Assembly: GCA_010093605.1 (NCBI GenBank)
Contig: MU004185.1
Span: 1,137,334 to 1,201,333, forward strand
Length of the DNA stretch: 64,000 nucleotides
Source: Lophium mytilinum
Taxonomy: Eukaryota
Direction of reading: 5' to 3'
The stretch's first letter is position 1. Every line of letters begins with the position of its first letter. The notes under the pieces were generated by a model. It saw only the letters and a program-made list of their open reading frames with translations. It had not been told where the DNA came from and searched no databases. Positions 11,545 through 22,689 of the stretch are shown here, in pieces. The position numbers and the translations under genes are program-made.

Positions 11545-13353
11545 ATGGGCGGTGGATCGGACAGCCCACTTGTGGAGAGCAAGAAGGAGGTGCTGCTCAT
11601 TCTGATTCCAGCGCCGGAGTCAGTTGCGGCCCCGAGCATCGACAAGTTGCAGAAGAAGTTTCCCAACTTGGAAGTTGAGTATATAAATGCTGCTAAAACT
11701 GCAGCGGCGTGGGACCTCGACGCAGGCATTCCCAAAGGTATGTTTCTTACCGTCTCACAACATGCCCGACTTTCGGACCCAGCTCTCTTTCCCTTCATAC
11801 TGCAATACCAACGTCAAAGGTAGTGTCACTAGTTACGATTTTCATATTCTCTAGCAGGAAGTCACATCTAATACCTTCAATCTGTGAAAAGATGTCTACA
11901 AAAGCGCTACATTCATCGCAACCGTCGCCGCCCTGCCCCCTTCACCCTCACTGGCCCCCAATCTTGAATTTGTCCAGTTCTTCAGTGCCGGCGTCAATCA
12001 TGTCATGAAACACCCTATCTACACCGATACTAAGATCCCGCTTTGCACGTCCTCCGGCATTCATCCCCCGCAAATCGCAGAATGGGTCTTTTTGACCACC
12101 CTGGTCCAGAGTCATAAGTACAACGGCCTCTATGAGTTGCAGAAGAGGCATGCATGGGAACGAACAGAGGAATCCAATAGAGTAAGAGACCTGCCAGGTC
12201 AGCGCGTAGGCGTACTGGGTTATGGGAGCATCGGACGACAAGGTGAGTGCTGCAACTTCCATGATCGTTTCTGCCGGTGTGGGACTCGGATCCTCCAACT
12301 CCCATCGCACATCTTCTCCGCACATCCGAGACATTCACGACATCTTCAACCCACAATGAACGCTTGTGCACTTTGAAAGTTTCTTTCGAAGATGTCTCAG
12401 CGCCTCGCCACGCTCGGACGCCCCGAGATCGCTGCGCCGTACGCAGGATGGCGATCCCGGACTCGACGCAACGGCCCCATCCGCTCAACGCCACAGCCGC
12501 CATGCATGATGCCTGAGGCACAGCAGGCATGGCTTGCATAGAACATAGAACTTTCCATCCCACGCAATCGATAATGCTAACATCTGTGCCGCAGTCGCGC
12601 GCGTAGCCCACGCCTTTGGTATGGACGTAATCGCCTACACGGCATCACCGCGCACCACGCCCGAGTCCAAAAAGGATAGAGGCTTCATCGTGCCCGGCAC
12701 CGGCGATCCCGACGGCTCTATACCGAGCGCCTGGTATAGCGGAACTAGCAAGGAGGACCTCCATGCGTTCTTGAAGCAGGAGATCGATCTGCTGGTGGTC
12801 AGTGTGCCGTTGACGTGAGTCGCTAGATTCAGTTTCCCCAACTCCGTAGCCCTCTTAGATCCCTACAAACCCTTCTCTCGTTCAGTGCTCTGGGTTAGAC
12901 TTTCCTCCTATCCTCTCCTCTCCCCTCCCCCCCTCACGAATGCCGAGGCGCAGATATCGGATCACACCCCTTTCAGCAGGTCACTAAAACTCACACAGTC
13001 CTGCAACCCACCACTTCCTCAGCACTGCCGAATTCGATATCCTCGCCGCTTCGAATCCCAACCTAACCTATGTCGCCAACGTCGCGCGTGGCGACCTTAT
13101 TGATCAGCCCGCGCTCATTGATGCTTTGAAATCCAACAAGCTCCGCGGCGCCGCTCTCGATGTGACGAGTCCCGAGCCGCTGCCGGCGGATCACCCGCTG
13201 TGGGAGGCCCCGAATCTGGTGCTGACACCGCATGTGAGCGGGAATAGTATAAGGTATTTCGAACGCGCGTTCCAGGTGCTGGAGGAGAACTTGGGGAGAA
13301 GGGAGAGAGGGGAGGAACTGGTCAATGAGGTTGATCGAAAGAGGGGGTATTGA
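11545..13353 (+). CDS. D-isomer-specific 2-hydroxyacid dehydrogenase (NAD-binding)
   Basis: Motifs VQFFSAGVNH, SGIHPPQIAEW, VGVLGYGSIGRQ (Rossmann), VSVPLT, NVARG, GAALDVTSPEPLPADHPLW, LTPHVSG. Introns 11738-11891, 12243-12594 and about 12816-12998. Confidence 0.92.
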
Positions 13354-13469
13354 GATATAGTAGATGTGGGATCGTACTGAATTTTTCAGGTATACAAGTC
13401 TAGCTCACGTGCTGCTAGAATGGCGTGTTTCAGGTAGATTTTACTGGCTGGAAATCTGCAGCGCCCAAT

Positions 13470-16400
13470 CTATCGCCGCGTTCTCACCCGGAACAGTTCT
13501 GCGATTCGTTCACCACATCCTGCGTTTTCAGCCGCGATCTCAGCTATGGTGTCTGTAACCCGAAATTTATCATCGCACTCTTGTAAAAGCAAGTCGATGA
13601 TTTCGTCGCCGCTATTTCTATTCCTAGCCGCTGCTTCTATAAGTCTCTCATTTATCTGTATCTCGTCGCTCTGACCTCGCTCCCGGAGAAGGACGGCTAT
13701 GATGTGCGCACCACTTCCTTCGTTCCCAGCAGCTTTTCTCATTATCTTCTCGGTGATCCTAAATTCGTCACCACGCTCCTCAAGGAGCATTTTGATGATT
13801 TCGTCCCCCAATTGCTCATTTGCAGCGGCAGCTTCTAAGACACGGGTAGTAACTGGACATGGATCTGCACGAAGAAGGCGTTCTAGGCTTTCTCTCTGGT
13901 CGCTGTGCTCGCCTGCGGCAAATTCTTCCAACAATCTCTGGGTGACTTCAATCTCTTCTTTTTTCTCCTGGAGAAGTTCCTTCAATATAAAGGGCCAAGC
14001 CCTTGCAATTAGCTCGATAGCCCTTTCAGTGAGTTGAATGTCGTCGATTCGTGAGCGAACGAACTCAAGCAGAATTTCCCAACCCGCGTGTGCTCTTCCG
14101 CTATCGAAGTCGTCTCTTGTACAAGCTTCTATTGCACGTCCGGTGAGCTGGACCCGATATTTGCACTTCTGCAGAAGCGTCATTACGACACTTCTATTGT
14201 TTTTTATAGCGACTTCTAGCACTTTGAGTGTCATCCGTATCTCGGTGTCCACTTTATCAACAAGTCGCACGATATCGTCGCCACATTCTGAGTTCCCCGC
14301 TGCTGCCTCCAGTACTCTTTCGGTGATTGGAATGTTCTGCTTCGACAATCGGAGAATGATCTCGGTAATCTCTCCGCCTTTCTCTTTGTTCTGGCATGCT
14401 GCCTCGAGCACCCTTTCAGAGATCTTGATATCATCACCGTATTCCCGAAGAATATATTGCATCATCTTGTCTCCAACTTCAAAATTACCCGCTGCGGCCT
14501 CCAGAACTCTCTCTGTTATTTCGGCCTCGTCGGATCGCGCCTTAAAAAGCATGTCTAAAACTTTTACACCACTACGGGTGTTCCGGGCAGCTGCTTCCAT
14601 AATTCGTTCGGTGATGTAGAAATCGTCCCCTCGCTCATTTAGAAACCATCGTAGGATCTCTGGTCCTTTTCTCGCGTTTCCAACAACGGACTCTAAGACT
14701 CTCTCGGTGATTCGGACTTTGTTATGATCCCGGCTGAGTATTTGTTCCAATATCTCTTCAACAATCCACTCTCCGCTGACGACTCCTTCGACAACGCGCT
14801 CACTTATCTGCATACCTCGGTCTGATTCCAAAAGAAGCCAGTGCCAAAGACGTCGCGACTTTCGACAAGCGTATATCAGGAGTCTTTCGGTGACTTGAAT
14901 CTCTTTCTCGCATTGAGCCAGCAGCAAGACAAGGATTTTACCGCCCGCCACTTCGTTGCTCGTGGCTGCTTCTATTATATCCTCTATAATGCGTAACTCG
15001 GTCCCGCGCTTTCGGAGAAAAAGCTCCATGAGTTCATACCCCTGCTCCTTGTCTCTAGCGGCTGATTCCATCATCTCCGAGGTGATTCGAATGTTACTCT
15101 TTTTTTGCAATATCATTTGAACAGTATTGAAACCGTATCGCTCTACAATCGCCTCGAAGGCCCCTTCACCGAATTGGACCGCGTCCTCCCACTTCTGAAG
15201 AAGCTGCTCTAGTAAGATTTCCAGCCACACCCTTTTATAGTCACCTCGATCTGTGGTCATTACTACACGCTTAGTTACCATCACGCTTTTCCATTTCTGC
15301 GCAAGAAGTATGTCCATAATCTCCTGGCGCTGGGAAGCTAAGATCGGCATCGCTGCGATCAGCATCGCCTCTCTTAGATTCTCGTCCTCGGGGATCTTCT
15401 GGAGAAATAGGGCTATCATATCCGTATCGCGAAACTTAGCGAAAGCCAGTGCTGCTTCTCGGCTTACACGGAGCCCCTGGCCCTCTTCTAGCAGCATCTT
15501 GAGTCTCGTCTCGTAGCCATACCTGCTGTAGCGAATTGTGAAATAATCACAGGCCTCATCGACCAGCTTTGCCGTAATCTGTATGTCGTGCGTCCCTGCC
15601 TGAAGCAAGATCGCGAGCACTTCATCACCTCTGTATTCGTTCAGGGCAGCGTTTTCCACCATTTTCGTCGTAATGCGCAAATCAGCCCCAGCGTGGCTCA
15701 GGAGTAGTTTCAGCATTCCAATATCTCCATCTTCATGTCCACAGGCTACGATCTCCAGCATCCTTTCCGTGACACGTACCTCGTCTGGACGCTCTCGGAG
15801 CAAGAGTTCGACGATATCCAACCCAAACCTCTCATTGCCCACGGCGGCTAGGAGCACTCTTTCGGTAATTTTAATCTCGTTCCCACGGTCGCGAAGTAGC
15901 GTCCCTACCATTTTCATCCCCGCATCCGGATTGGCAGCCGCAGCCTCTACCATACTCATGGGGATATCGAACCGTTCCGTCGGCGCTGCGTTCGACAGCC
16001 AATACTCCAGCAAATTAGCATCTTCCAGCCCTGCGAGGGCGCTCAGCGCCTGCGTCGTAAACCTTGCGTTATCACCAAATCGGCTGATGATATTCCTAAT
16101 GGTCTGCTTCATCACATTGCCTTTATCCGCGTCTTCCTGATTTCCGCTCATCCACCCAGAAGAGTAGTAGTACGGATTTCTAGCCGACTTATCCTCTTTT
16201 GTTGCCTCCACCATGCTCTCAGTAACTCGGATTTCCTTCCCTTCATTCGCTCGAAGCAGCATCTCTACGACCGCCTTGCCAGACTTCTCGTTATTGCAAG
16301 CGGCTATCAGCACTTTAGGCGTAATGAGTAGCTCGCCTCGTCTCTCCCGGAACAGCAGCTCGAAGATCTCTCCCGCGGCGCCCGAATTTTCTGCTGCCGC

Positions 16401-17150
16401 TTCCAACACGCCCTCTGTGATGCGCACATCGTCCCCGTGGCCCTGCCTCTTCAGCAGCAGGCCCAAGAGCTCTGCTCCGCTCTCGTGGTTCTGAACGGCT
16501 GCTATCATCCACCCCTCCGTAAGACGAACCGCATTACGATAGTCGTCGCGGTCCTGCAAAACCGCCTCCATCACCTCCAGCCCCTTCCCCGACCCACTCA
16601 CCACCTGCTGCAGCTTGAACACCGGAATCGCAGCATGCCCCCAGAAACCCCGCACTTGCAAAATCCGCCTCATACCACGGTACGATCGGTATTCGTTCAG
16701 TATCGCTAGGTCTGGGTTCAGGATCGCGAGGAGTGCTTCGTCCTCAACAACCCATGTCCCCGGCGCGAGTTTGGGCTGCCTGGTTGCATGGCGCAGTATC
16801 ATACGCACTAGCTCTACCCCACACCACTTGTTCTGCTTTGCTGCAAGCTCTGTTGCTTCTGCGAAGCTGATTTGGTCGGCGCGCCAGAGGACTAGGGCGC
16901 GGTTCTCTTGGTTGATGTTGGTGTCCGAGGATGAGTCTGCGGAGTCGTCGGAGTCTGATGCAATGCTGTAGGTGTCGCTTGCGTTGATACTGGAGGGAGC
17001 GGACCGGTGGGTTTGTCCACGGGTTGTCGGTGGTAGGATTGCGGTTGCGTAGGACGTGGATGTTGTGGTTGGGGCGGGGGACTGGGAGGACGGGGGTGTG
17101 GTTTTCTTGTTTCGGAGACGGATTTTGAGGAAGCGGGTGAGGGGATCCAT
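13470..17150 (-). CDS. 1226-aa intronless protein made of ~37-aa ankyrin-like helical repeats (DUF7104-like), no NACHT/HET domain
   Basis: About 20 or more degenerate repeats of consensus ITERVLEAAAxNxxxGxEIxxLLLxERGDE(I/V)x after a Ser/Thr/Pro-rich N-terminus; no P-loop seen. Confidence 0.85.
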   Translation of the reverse strand: MDPLTRFLKIRLRNKKTTPPSSQSPAPTTTSTSYATAILPPTTRGQTHRSAPSSINASDTYSIASDSDDSADSSSDTNINQENRALVLWRADQISFAEATELAAKQNKWCGVELVRMILRHATRQPKLAPGTWVVEDEALLAILNPDLAILNEYRSYRGMRRILQVRGFWGHAAIPVFKLQQVVSGSGKGLEVMEAVLQDRDDYRNAVRLTEGWMIAAVQNHESGAELLGLLLKRQGHGDDVRITEGVLEAAAENSGAAGEIFELLFRERRGELLITPKVLIAACNNEKSGKAVVEMLLRANEGKEIRVTESMVEATKEDKSARNPYYYSSGWMSGNQEDADKGNVMKQTIRNIISRFGDNARFTTQALSALAGLEDANLLEYWLSNAAPTERFDIPMSMVEAAAANPDAGMKMVGTLLRDRGNEIKITERVLLAAVGNERFGLDIVELLLRERPDEVRVTERMLEIVACGHEDGDIGMLKLLLSHAGADLRITTKMVENAALNEYRGDEVLAILLQAGTHDIQITAKLVDEACDYFTIRYSRYGYETRLKMLLEEGQGLRVSREAALAFAKFRDTDMIALFLQKIPEDENLREAMLIAAMPILASQRQEIMDILLAQKWKSVMVTKRVVMTTDRGDYKRVWLEILLEQLLQKWEDAVQFGEGAFEAIVERYGFNTVQMILQKKSNIRITSEMMESAARDKEQGYELMELFLRKRGTELRIIEDIIEAATSNEVAGGKILVLLLAQCEKEIQVTERLLIYACRKSRRLWHWLLLESDRGMQISERVVEGVVSGEWIVEEILEQILSRDHNKVRITERVLESVVGNARKGPEILRWFLNERGDDFYITERIMEAAARNTRSGVKVLDMLFKARSDEAEITERVLEAAAGNFEVGDKMMQYILREYGDDIKISERVLEAACQNKEKGGEITEIILRLSKQNIPITERVLEAAAGNSECGDDIVRLVDKVDTEIRMTLKVLEVAIKNNRSVVMTLLQKCKYRVQLTGRAIEACTRDDFDSGRAHAGWEILLEFVRSRIDDIQLTERAIELIARAWPFILKELLQEKKEEIEVTQRLLEEFAAGEHSDQRESLERLLRADPCPVTTRVLEAAAANEQLGDEIIKMLLEERGDEFRITEKIMRKAAGNEGSGAHIIAVLLRERGQSDEIQINERLIEAAARNRNSGDEIIDLLLQECDDKFRVTDTIAEIAAENAGCGERIAELFRVRTRR

Positions 17151-17690
17151 GAAAGTATGAGATTGGGAAGTTGAAGGGCCTCTTGATTCTGGGGTTTTTG
17201 GAGTTACGAGAGGTAGGACGATAACGACGAAGTGCGACTTCTAACGACGAAGTGTATTGAGACTTGGAAGATGCACCATGTGCAAGAAAGTATTGCGAAC
17301 GAACGAACTGGAATTGCCAAACCTTGTAGCAAGAACGGGACCTGATCAAATCTAGGACGTGACTTGCGGCTCAAAGACTACATCCGATCAGTGACGTGGC
17401 GGCCCGCCCAATGCGCATTTTCGCCTATCCCTGGAGTAAGACGCCTTTCATTTCAGTGGGGATTGAAGGAGTCAAAGTACCACTACTGGTTGCGTTACGA
17501 CTTGCTTTGATGTGGCTAGCTGAAGCACATCCTCAAATCATCGACGTGCATTCGCGAGGTGCTGGGGTCAACATCAGTCTGACAGGGGACATCATAATCT
17601 CAGCCTTGCGCGAATACCATATAGTATCCCCTACCTCAGAAAACCCTCATCACATTTCCCAAAACATACAACAGGCTGTCAGACAAAATC

Positions 17691-19216
17691 ATGGGCAGAG
17701 GAGGAGCGCGCCAGAAAGACGCCGAAGAAACCGCCGGAATAAAATGCTGTTTCCTTCAGAACCTCTCCTTCACCGGCCCCGCAAACGCATCCAAACCCTA
17801 CGTGTCGATCTCCATCCTAGATCCTATCATAACCATTGAGCGCCACCATGGGAAATACCACATCGCAGCTCGGTTCAACCTCGAAACCAGCATCTTGAAT
17901 TACGAGAACCACACACGGTTAGCCTAGCTCCCTCCCCTAATCACCGCCTTAACCCCTTTATTAACCGTTTGGTTTGATCGTGTGGTCTAGAGATGGACAT
18001 GAGGCTTTCTTCCACTCCATCTGCCTCCAGTACCTCTCCCCCTGGGTCAACGAAGAGCTCTCCATGAAGCCCGAATCCGACCCCTCCGCCGCACTGACCG
18101 TGACGCGAGGCACCGAAACTGGCGTTTCCGGAACCGCTGGGCTTTCGCTCTCGCAGATGCCGTCGGCGAATGTTTCGTTGGGGTTGAATCGGTCGAAGAC
18201 GCTGACGGTGGAGTATGCATTAGCGACGTGGAGTCTGAGTGCGCATTGGATTACATCCCCGCCGCCTATGAGAGGGTTCGCTCCGCCAGCAAGGGCTAAG
18301 GCGTTTGATGAGGCGGGGGAGAAGCCAGTGTATCAGTGGTTTTGGGCTGGGACCCATGGGGATACGAAGACGCTGACGCCTGATCTTAAGTACACGGTTA
18401 AGAGGCATGTCGTTGTGAAACGTGCGATTTTGGTAGCAGACTTCCCTAGCCCGGAAGCGAAAGAAGGGGAAAATGAGCCCAAAGTGACGAAGTCAGACGA
18501 AGATAGCATTACGAATGGAGATGTCGCGGTGCGACCAGCGGGCGATGGAGTAAAGAGCGCTAAGGATAAAATCAAGACTGTAGAAGGAGACGACAAGGAA
18601 CTAAATACTCTCGAAAGCTTGCTCGACTTCAGTTTCCGCGTACAAGTATGTTGGCGTCTTCATACGGTTGAACCCTCCCCCCAAGACTGACTCGAAATAC
18701 GACTCAAGGTTAGAGTAAAAAAACGTTTCGGACGCTTCCATCGAGTCGTGATCCTGAGCGGCAACGAGGTAAAGGGAAAGCTTATAAACCCATTGTACGA
18801 TCAAGTCTTCCGACTACGCGGGGAGCCAAGCTGGGAAGGTGTGCCGGAGAGCGATACTGATGATATCAATTCGTTGCTGGGTCAGATCAAACAGGATGTG
18901 AGATACTTCTCGAATCGGTGACCGAAAGGAAAGAGGCTGAGAGGCTAACGAACGGTAGTATGCAGGGAACTACGACGACCTTGACGATAAGGACTTCTTT
19001 GAACTATCGAACGCGTACATGGTGAAACAGGTATGCTGAGTCTTAGCTAGAAAGGAGAAAACATGCTAACGAAGGCAGCGACGAACTGTGGTACACGGGA
19101 GAGATGAACTCCGTGAGAGAGATGCACCTCGTGAGAAAGCTATCATGCGGCCTGCGCCTATTCGTCCGACACATGAGCGTACGCAGCCAACATGGGAGAC
19201 TACGCGTTCTGGATGA
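17691..19216 (+). CDS. Hypothetical protein with Ser/Thr-rich amphipathic beta-hairpin (beta-pore-forming-toxin-like)
   Basis: Exons joined by plausible introns (GTTAGC about 17918, GTATGT about 18646, GTGAGA about 18898, GTATGC about 19031, the last three with CTRAC-type branch sites). Contains LTVTRGTETGVSGTAGLSLSQMPSANVSLGLNRSKTLTVEY. The 3' exons are less certain (alternative stop at 18921). Confidence 0.6.
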
Positions 19217-20332
19217 CCCCAGATTATCGTCCAATTCGAAAGTCAGACTTATCTTACTCGAGACCTCGGCTGGTTTGTTGTATCGGCGGCCTTTTCGTGT
19301 GCTTAGAACGGGTCGAAAAGTTGGAAATACACCGACATAACCAGCCAGGTGGACTCCTGTGATCCTAGATGTTGACTCAATACAACGCGTTTACCCAAGT
19401 TTCTCTGGCGAAGCTTTTACTAGCAAAGCTACGCTCTTGCCGAGTGCTCTCACAGACCGAAGCAACTTCTCATTTTCAGTCAACGTCCTCGCTAAACTCA
19501 ACCTTTTCTCTACGCTCGGATGAAATGTATCGGTCCATATGGGTGTCTTTCGAATCCATCGTCATCCCACTTCGTGTGGCTATACAAATAACACGTTGAA
19601 CTCTCATGCTATCAGACCCGCAAAATCAACTTGCCTCTATACTTTCGGTCATCTAACTGCCGATACTGCCTTACCGTTTCAGACATACCATTGTGCGATC
19701 CAATATCATCATGTACTCATTAGCTCTTACAGAAGGTCCACCGATTTTATCTACTTGGTGGTTGGACACATCTACCTTCTTTCGTGTATCTCGTTACTCG
19801 ATTCGAAAAGACTTGGCATACTGGCAAAGCGTAGAGCACAGACGCGTGAAGTGGTGGAGTCTCAAACACGTAAAGTAGTAGATTCTAAAGGCGGTTTGCG
19901 CGGCGGGATCAAGCGACGGAGCATTACGGTGGTTGGAAAAAGTGACAAGACCGGTCAGAACTTCAGCCTGATCAAAGATAAGAGGAGCAATTCTGTAGGG
20001 TAACATCGCCTAGGTTCATGTTGCGCGACGGTTTTAGATTGACTTACGAGTAGATCATCGAACTGATCCAATAGGAGTAAGAGCATATTAGATTCGATAA
20101 CCAGCGACTGAACACTGTCTGCTTGAGTACTTACAACCCCATACGTCCTTATAGTCACGCTCACAACTAAGCTGAATTCTTGAATACATTTTGATACAAG
20201 AGCTCGCGAATATCAGTCAGACCCCCAGCGTTTAGTAATCTTACAGACTGATTCCCCAAAACTCCAATAGCACACTCCATGGAAACGTCTCCTTTCTTGA
20301 CGGCTTCAACAGCGCATGTCTTCGCCCGCTTC

Positions 20333-21144
20333 TCACCGCCTGAACCAACTACTAACCATGCCTCCAGCAAGATTCCGTGCCAAACCAGACCCATACACGG
20401 CACTGGACGCCATGCTGAACTTATCGCAGCGCGAGAACGCAAGAGTATTTGTCATCGTGAGAACGAGCGCAATGACTATCAACCATGTTAGCCTTGTCCA
20501 TTCCATACCTCCCTTAAACCTCTTCCAATTTTGTACTCACCAACCAACGTCAACCAGATAGGCTCCAAGCTCACCAATGCTACGATGGCTAACAGCACCC
20601 ACAGCACAGGCTGTGCGTATAGTGCGATCCAGAAGAACCGTTTGTCCGTTGCGTTGATAGTGCGTGTCTCGGGATCGTGGCTTTCGAACACCCAGCGCGA
20701 GTCCCCGGTTGCGGTGTCGACCTCGTTCCACCACCGCAACCCAACTAGTCGTCGTCCGGCGATGTTTTTGAGGTAGTAAAAGTCGGTGGCTAGAAGGAGG
20801 ATGGTGATTATGAAGATCATGACACTGGAAGGGTGTTAGTCTGGGCTTGGTAAGGTCGTAAGATTCCAAGTTCGACAGTTTGAAAAGGGACTGGAAGGAG
20901 GAAGCAGTGAGGGAAGAGGATTTCTGGATTGAGAGGGCCGTACAAGCTACTTGTGAGCAGGCGAAGGCCGAGGAGGTAGACTACGAGACTTGCTATAGAT
21001 TTATTAGCTGTAGCCTGAGAAGTAACAAACGGGCAGAAGATGCATACAGATCCGGAAGAAGAGAAAGGTGAGGAGGGTAATGGGATGGCTGCTCAACCTC
21101 CAGCTGAGCGAGCCCGGCGGGGGTGCAGTTTGGGCGTTCTCCAT
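20333..21144 (-). CDS. TVP23: Golgi membrane protein TVP23 (FAM18 family)
   Basis: [25 protein letters not shown]...[23 protein letters not shown]...WVFES...DKRFFW...[13 protein letters not shown]...WFRR*; three introns. Confidence 0.95.
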
Positions 21145-21574
21145 GGCGGATCGTGGATAGCTGTAGCTGGCGTTGTCGTGGTGTTGAAGCTAACGTTGCT
21201 CTTCCGCCAGCGACGCACGTGATGCGGCGGCTTGGCATACTCAGCTATTTATATATTCAGCTTCCACATAATCTCTAACTTATAGGCTTTGCCCACTTGT
21301 GCCCATTCTCTGAAACGGTATATGTCAATGTATAACGCATTGTTTTTAGTACGTCTTATAGGTTACCGATGGTGCTAGACTGGCCAATTGCGTCCGAGGA
21401 GCCGCGGAGCAGCACACGAGTCATGCGACAGCAGCTCGACCAGCTCCGCGAATGTGGGGAAACCTCATCGATCACCTCGGCCATGCCAACTACATTCGAC
21501 AACTTCCTTCTCCTGCTTGTTCTATTCAGTTTCTATATTTACGTGTTTCATATTAGACCTCAATTGCATCCAAC

Positions 21575-22689
21575 ATGGCTGCTCCAATAATCCGCCGGGC
21601 GCTTCTATACGGTACTTTTACTTTTCAGTGGTTTGACGCAGTCAAACTAATAGCTACCCAGTGCCTGGATCCTCCAAGAAGATGCTTGATAAGTCACGAG
21701 GACTGAAAGTTGATACGATAGCATACGACCTCGAAGACTCCGTCACACCAAACAAGAAAGAAGAAGCACGGCAGAACCTACGGCATCTCCTGCAACAACC
21801 GCGAGCAGCTGGTATACGGGAACAAGCCGTGAGAGTAAATTCGGTAGAAAGTGGCCTAGCATTGGCAGATCTACAAGAAGTGGTACATAGAGATCTCCTG
21901 AAATCCAGACTCTGTCATATATACTCCCCCCAAATGATGCTAGTAATCTACGATACCCGCTAACCACCACATCTTTCACAGCTCCAGTCCCCCAACCTCG
22001 ACGCCCTCGTCTTACCCAAATGCAATTCCGCCTCAGACCTCCACTTCCTAACCGACGTGCTACGCCAAACCCTCCCAGCACGACACCCCTCGACCCCCTC
22101 CTCCTCCACAACAGATCCTCCACCTATCCGCCTCATCGCTCTCATTGAGTCCGCAAAAGCCATCCAGAACCTCCCCTCTATCTGCGCCGCCTCCCCCTAC
22201 CTTAGCGGCCTGATCTTCGCCGCAGAAGACTTCGCGCTCGACCTCAGTATAACCCGCACACCCTCCCTCCACGAGTTCCTCTACGCACGCTCTGCCATCG
22301 CGACTGCTGCGCGCGCCGCGAACCTCGCTAGCACAATTGATCTGGTGTGTACGGCATACTCGGGTGCGCAGGGGCTGAAGACGCTAGAGGAGGAGTGTCT
22401 AAATGGGAAGGGGATGGGGTTCAATGGGAAGCAGGCGATTCATCCGAGCCAGGTGGAGGTGTGTCAGCGAGTGTTCTCGCCAGGGGAGGCGGAACTGGAG
22501 TGGGCGGTCCGGATAGTGGTTGCAGACGAGAAGGCTGCGGAGGCTGGACGGGGCGCATGGACGCTAGATGGGAAGATGATTGACATCCCGGTTGTTGGGA
22601 AGGCGAAGGCGGTGGTGGAAAGGGCGAAGTCCTGTGGAATTGATGTTGATGGTGTGAGGGAGAAGTGGAAGGGTCAAGAGCCGGAATAG
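21575..22689 (+). CDS. Citrate lyase beta-subunit-like (CitE / HpcH-HpaI family) enzyme
   Basis: MAAPIIRRALLY|VPGSS, YDLEDSV, AVRVNS, LVLPK, ALIESA, LIFAAEDF, GFNGKQAIHPSQV, LDGKMIDIPV; two introns. Confidence 0.93.

Noticed and set aside
13699..16971. Plus-strand ORFs rich in Ser/Ile inside the repeat gene
   Set aside because: Antisense shadows of the 1226-aa repeat ORF.
19369..20164. ORFs 19539-20003 and neighbours
   Set aside because: No recognisable product; non-ATG starts; lies between convergent 3' ends.
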